A stretch of DNA of 64,000 nucleotides, from positions 2,752,001 through 2,816,000 of the forward strand of contig CM000207.1 of NCBI GenBank assembly GCA_000002445.1, read 5' to 3'. This document shows positions 60,291 to 64,000 of the stretch, piece by piece; within the stretch, counting starts at the first letter, position 1, and every line of letters starts with the position of its first letter. The translations under genes and the position numbers were made by a program. The notes beneath the pieces were generated by a model that was not told where the DNA came from, did no database searches, and saw only the letters and a list, made by a program, of their open reading frames with translations. The DNA comes from Trypanosoma brucei. Taxonomy: Eukaryota.

Positions 60291-61817
60291 CCGAATACGG
60301 CAGCTCACCTACTAGGCATACTGCTTTCATTCGTGTTGGCGCCGAAGCAAGCATCAGCGGATGCTCCAAGCATAAAGCTGTCAACGTGGCAGCCAGTGTG
60401 CCACCTAGAAAAGGACACAAGACGTGTACCAGCCAGAGGATACAAGGCAATAACGGCTGCAATAGCCGAAGAACAAGCGATACGCTCGGCGGCCCTAAAG
60501 GTCCTAATATTTGCGGCCGCACACACCAGCGGAGAAGAGCGGGCTCGAACGGAAGCGCTAGGTTTAGACACCATGCAAGCAGCAGAAGCCAAACGACGAG
60601 AACTCGAAACCACGGTAGAGATGGCCCTCAACAGTGCATCCACAAGCCTCGAACTAACAGGCCGAATAGAAGCAACAATGGAAGTCCTAAAAGCCACGCA
60701 CGACAACAACAACAACGGTTGCCTTTCTGACGACGACAGGGACGCCGTGACTAACGGAAACACAAAAAAGCACGGCTGTGAAGGAACAGTTACGGACGTA
60801 GCCAACGACGAAGACACTATAGACGACAGCAACATAGGGCCAACAGGCTACGAAAAGCTAACGGCAGTCCCTGGCAACTCTGGAGTAAGCGGCGACTCGT
60901 CGAAATGCGGCTTTCTAAACAGAGGTGTGGCGGGAACAGCAACGATTATCAGCACCGAGGCGCCCACTTTGCTATCAGGAGTCTTCAAAATAAGCGGTAC
61001 CGACCAATTCCAGAGAATGGCGCAGGTAAACCAAGGAACAGCTGGCGCCCGCCAAAAGACAAACATCCTGAAACAAGCCTACCACGATGCAAGGAAAATA
61101 CAGACCGTAACAAAGCTCGCAGCGACAACTGACGAGGTAACACTGCTTAAAGCAGCGATCACGAGCGGCTACGTCAAGCAACAACTAGCGGCGCAGCTTA
61201 GCCAGCAGCAAGAGAACCCGAACAGCCAACAAAACGACCAGGCGGTTACGGAGATCATCAACAGCAAATTCAAAACAACTGACGACACCATAAAGGACCT
61301 TTGGGCGAAAATAAAAGTAGCAGAAGTCACAGATGTCAAAGGCAAACTGGGATATAAGAAACAACTACAAAACATAGGCGAAGAAACAACATTACAAGCG
61401 ACCTTGATTTACTACGGAAACCAAAATACGCTTAGGATAGCAGCACTGGAAGCTGAAGTCAGGAAATCACAAGAGAATTCAGCTAAAAAGAACCAACAAG
61501 CGCTAGAAGAAGTTTGTAATGCAATAGGCGACAAAAATGAAACTACTTGTAAGAACACGTCAGGGTGTCGTTTTGTTTCTACAAATCCCAAGGGCACAAA
61601 GTGTACCTTAAACCCAGAAGCAGCAAAAGAAGCAGAAAGAGCAGAAGCAAGTCAAGAAAAGAAAACCGACCCCAAGTGCTCCAAACATACCAAAAAGGAT
61701 GACTGTAAATCTCCTGATTGTAAATGGGAAGGAACAGAGTGCGAAGATTCTAGTTTTCTCGTAAATAAACAATTGGCTCTGAGTATGGCTACTTTTTTGT
61801 GTGTTTTCTTTTTTTAA
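60291..61817 (+). pseudogene. VSG: VSG on the plus strand with a continuous ~508-codon frame but no ATG start (ACG at 60297-60299 where ATG is expected)
   Basis: The frame opens after TAA at 60288-60290: PNTAAHLLGILLSFVLAPKQASADA... is a signal-peptide-like stretch with no Met. The tabulated ORF start at 60333 is GTG. The C-terminus is CKSPDCKWEGTECEDSSFLVNKQLALSMATFLCVFFF*. Confidence 0.7.
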
Positions 61818-63468
61818 TTTATTACTTTAAGGAATTTCTCTATTATTTAAAAATTATAATATTTACAAAATTTGCTACTTTGAGATAATTGTCTAAAATT
61901 GATATATATTTATATACTTTAACATATTTGTAAAACCTTTGCAAAAACTAAAAATGTTATAGAACTAAAAATTGTGAGAAACCTGCATCAAAGTGACATA
62001 TGGATGCAACGCGGAGGAATGATATGGCATGAAAAAAGAGTAGTACACTATTTTAGTTCATTTGTATATTTTGTTTATTTTATAGATGTTATTTATGGAT
62101 AAAATAGCAACAGTAGGAAAAATACAGCAATAGGAGAGTTACGTGTATATATTGGAAAAAGGTGATGGCAGAGACTAAGTAGACTAAAAAATAAAAACAC
62201 TAAAGGAAATCACAAAGTTTAAATGGAAGTAACTCGGTGAGTGGAAGGGGACACGTGAGATACTATTAAAAGAAAGGCGAAAAACACAAATAAAGAAAGT
62301 GAATGATTATCGCAGTTTCAAACACAAACATGAAGATAGGAATAATATTACACAAGGAGATGATAGAATGGATATTGAGCAATAGATAGAGTGGAGTGTG
62401 TAGGTCAAATGGTGTCAGTATTAAATGTGAAAAAGCAGCAACAGAGCACAAAAAATAAGTGAACATATGTAATAAAGTAACAGAATACGCGAATTCACAG
62501 ACGAACAGAAAATTGTTTACAGTGACGACGAGTATGCGATTATGTAGCGTATTTCTGTCGGAAAGGGGTAGATAATGTTGCGCAGATGATGGTGCTTTCT
62601 CCAATTTTAAATGTCATTGTGTATTTTATTTTTCAGCTGCGAATAAGATAATGAAAAAGAAAGAAGAATAAGGGGTTGGGTAAGTAAGAATAATGTTTAA
62701 TATTTGTTCCCATCAGATAGAGTAATAATGATCAACATTTGTGGGAAAAGTTATAATGTTTTTGAGAGAGAAAGTTTACGACAGTAATACTAACGTGTTT
62801 CCCTGTACAGAAAGGGAAAGATTAAAATAAAGAGATTCTTTAAATAGCACCTATGCGAGCAGAATGATACGGCTTATGAGATGGAGAGAATTAGTTGTGA
62901 CACTACTCTCATTCCGTATTAGTGTACTAAAAAGACATTAAAGCCTATAAAAAAGCGAGTAATAAGTAGAAAAGTGCTCGCTGACGCAGGTGTAAAGGAG
63001 GTGAGTAATGAAACAAGAGCAGAAAGAAATGAACTTTCTCGTACGAAATTATACAGTGTTAAACGGCATAAACACAACAACAAGACAGATAATTACAAGC
63101 AAAGAACAATCATCAATCGTGTACGTGAGTAACAGCAATGTTACATGGTGATTCGATTAAAAATGAAACCTTCAAATTAACAAATGAAGGAAGAAAGTAA
63201 GAACCATAAACCACAAAGTTTTTATATAAGGATATAGATATAGACCAAAACAGCTTGGAATTTAAACTGGAAATGGTTTAGCTTAACTAAATGCTTTTTT
63301 ACTATAATTTCACGTGATAAACTGCACAATAAAATAGCTTAAACCTTGCAAGCGCCCCTTTGCAGTTGCATAAATTAACAAGTCTCATCTTCGTGTCCTA
63401 CAACAACTTCACCACAAAATCAGATATTAGACTGTAACAAAGCATTCTTTACCACGCCCTTAAAAACA

Positions 63469-64000
63469 TGGCCGTTGCAAAAGTCCTAGCAATTGCTTTT
63501 GCAGTTCTTTTTCTGACGACAAAACTAAAGGAAAGTGCAGAAACGCAGATGGAAGTGCTCAAAATGGATCTTTACAAAGCGTGAGAGCTAGCAATTAAAC
63601 TAAAAGACACCTCAGCCCACGTGCAGTTCATGTTAAACAAACAACACACCGACGCCGGTTACCTCAGTGATCTGTTAGAAGACCTAGAAGCATTATCTCA
63701 AAATGCCACATCGGAAGCCAAAACTTAGATAATGAACCTCGCAATGTTGACCCGAAAGCAAGGACGGCAAACGCTGCGGGCAGTCGCCAGTCAAACACCG
63801 TCTGGCCTTAAACTTGTCTCCAAAGCGGCAACGTATGCTGGAAGAATAGACGAAGTAGCGAAGCTTCTGCTTGAACCGAATACCGGCTCAGCCTCGATGT
63901 ACGTAAGCAGCGCCACCGAATTCAGCGGTGTAGAACCCGCAGCCGCTGTAGCAGTCAAGTGTTTCAGCAAAGCAAACGCAGAATACCACAACCCAGCCGA
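63469..64000 (+). pseudogene. VSG N-terminal region on the plus strand, with frameshifts and stops; continues past the window end
   Basis: MAVAKVLAIAFAVLFLTTKLKESAETQMEVLKMDLYKA* is followed by VSG-like ...LAMLTRKQGRQTLRAVASQ...AATYAGRIDEVAKLLLEPNTGSASMYVSSATEFSGVEPAAAVAVKCFSKANAEYHN in other frames. Confidence 0.55.

Noticed and set aside
1-64000. CRISPR arrays, prokaryotic operons or defence systems
   Set aside because: The sequence is eukaryotic (kinetoplastid) subtelomeric DNA. The repeats present are 70-bp repeats, telomere-like hexamers and retroelements, and they have no CRISPR-like spacer-repeat architecture.

Overview
This 64-kb window reads as a kinetoplastid subtelomeric VSG (variant surface glycoprotein) archive of the Trypanosoma brucei type. 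It is not a prokaryotic locus, and I found no CRISPR array or defence operon. Positions 1-50 kb carry about 13 VSG genes, pseudogenes or fragments on the minus strand. Most have 1-2 copies of the TAA/TTA-rich '70-bp repeat' upstream, which is at higher coordinates for these minus-strand genes. Their 3' ends carry the conserved CKDSSFLVNKK...LLF-type GPI-signal region and the TGATATATTTTAACAC 16-mer in the 3' UTR. Only two VSG ORFs look fully intact: 7732-9174 and 31014-32546. The rest are frameshifted, truncated or fragments. From 58.5 kb to the window end the VSG genes switch to the plus strand, with fragments at 58560-58800 and 63469-64000 and a VSG with no ATG start at 60291-61817. The switch region holds a complete ~5.25-kb ingi non-LTR retrotransposon at 50428-55677, with a degenerate ORF, that abuts a truncated large-subunit rRNA gene fragment on the minus strand at ~55678-58440. 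A second, window-truncated ingi 3' portion lies at 1-1618 in the same orientation. A 5'-truncated divergent ingi-like (DIRE-like) element lies at ~45650-49790. Two A-rich tracts carrying degenerate telomeric hexamers (CCCTAA on the plus strand) sit immediately 3' of two related VSG 3' modules at ~2100-2880 and ~25330-25480. An unrecognised ORF family is duplicated in two VSG upstream regions. Coordinates of the degenerate elements are approximate because I could not run alignments.
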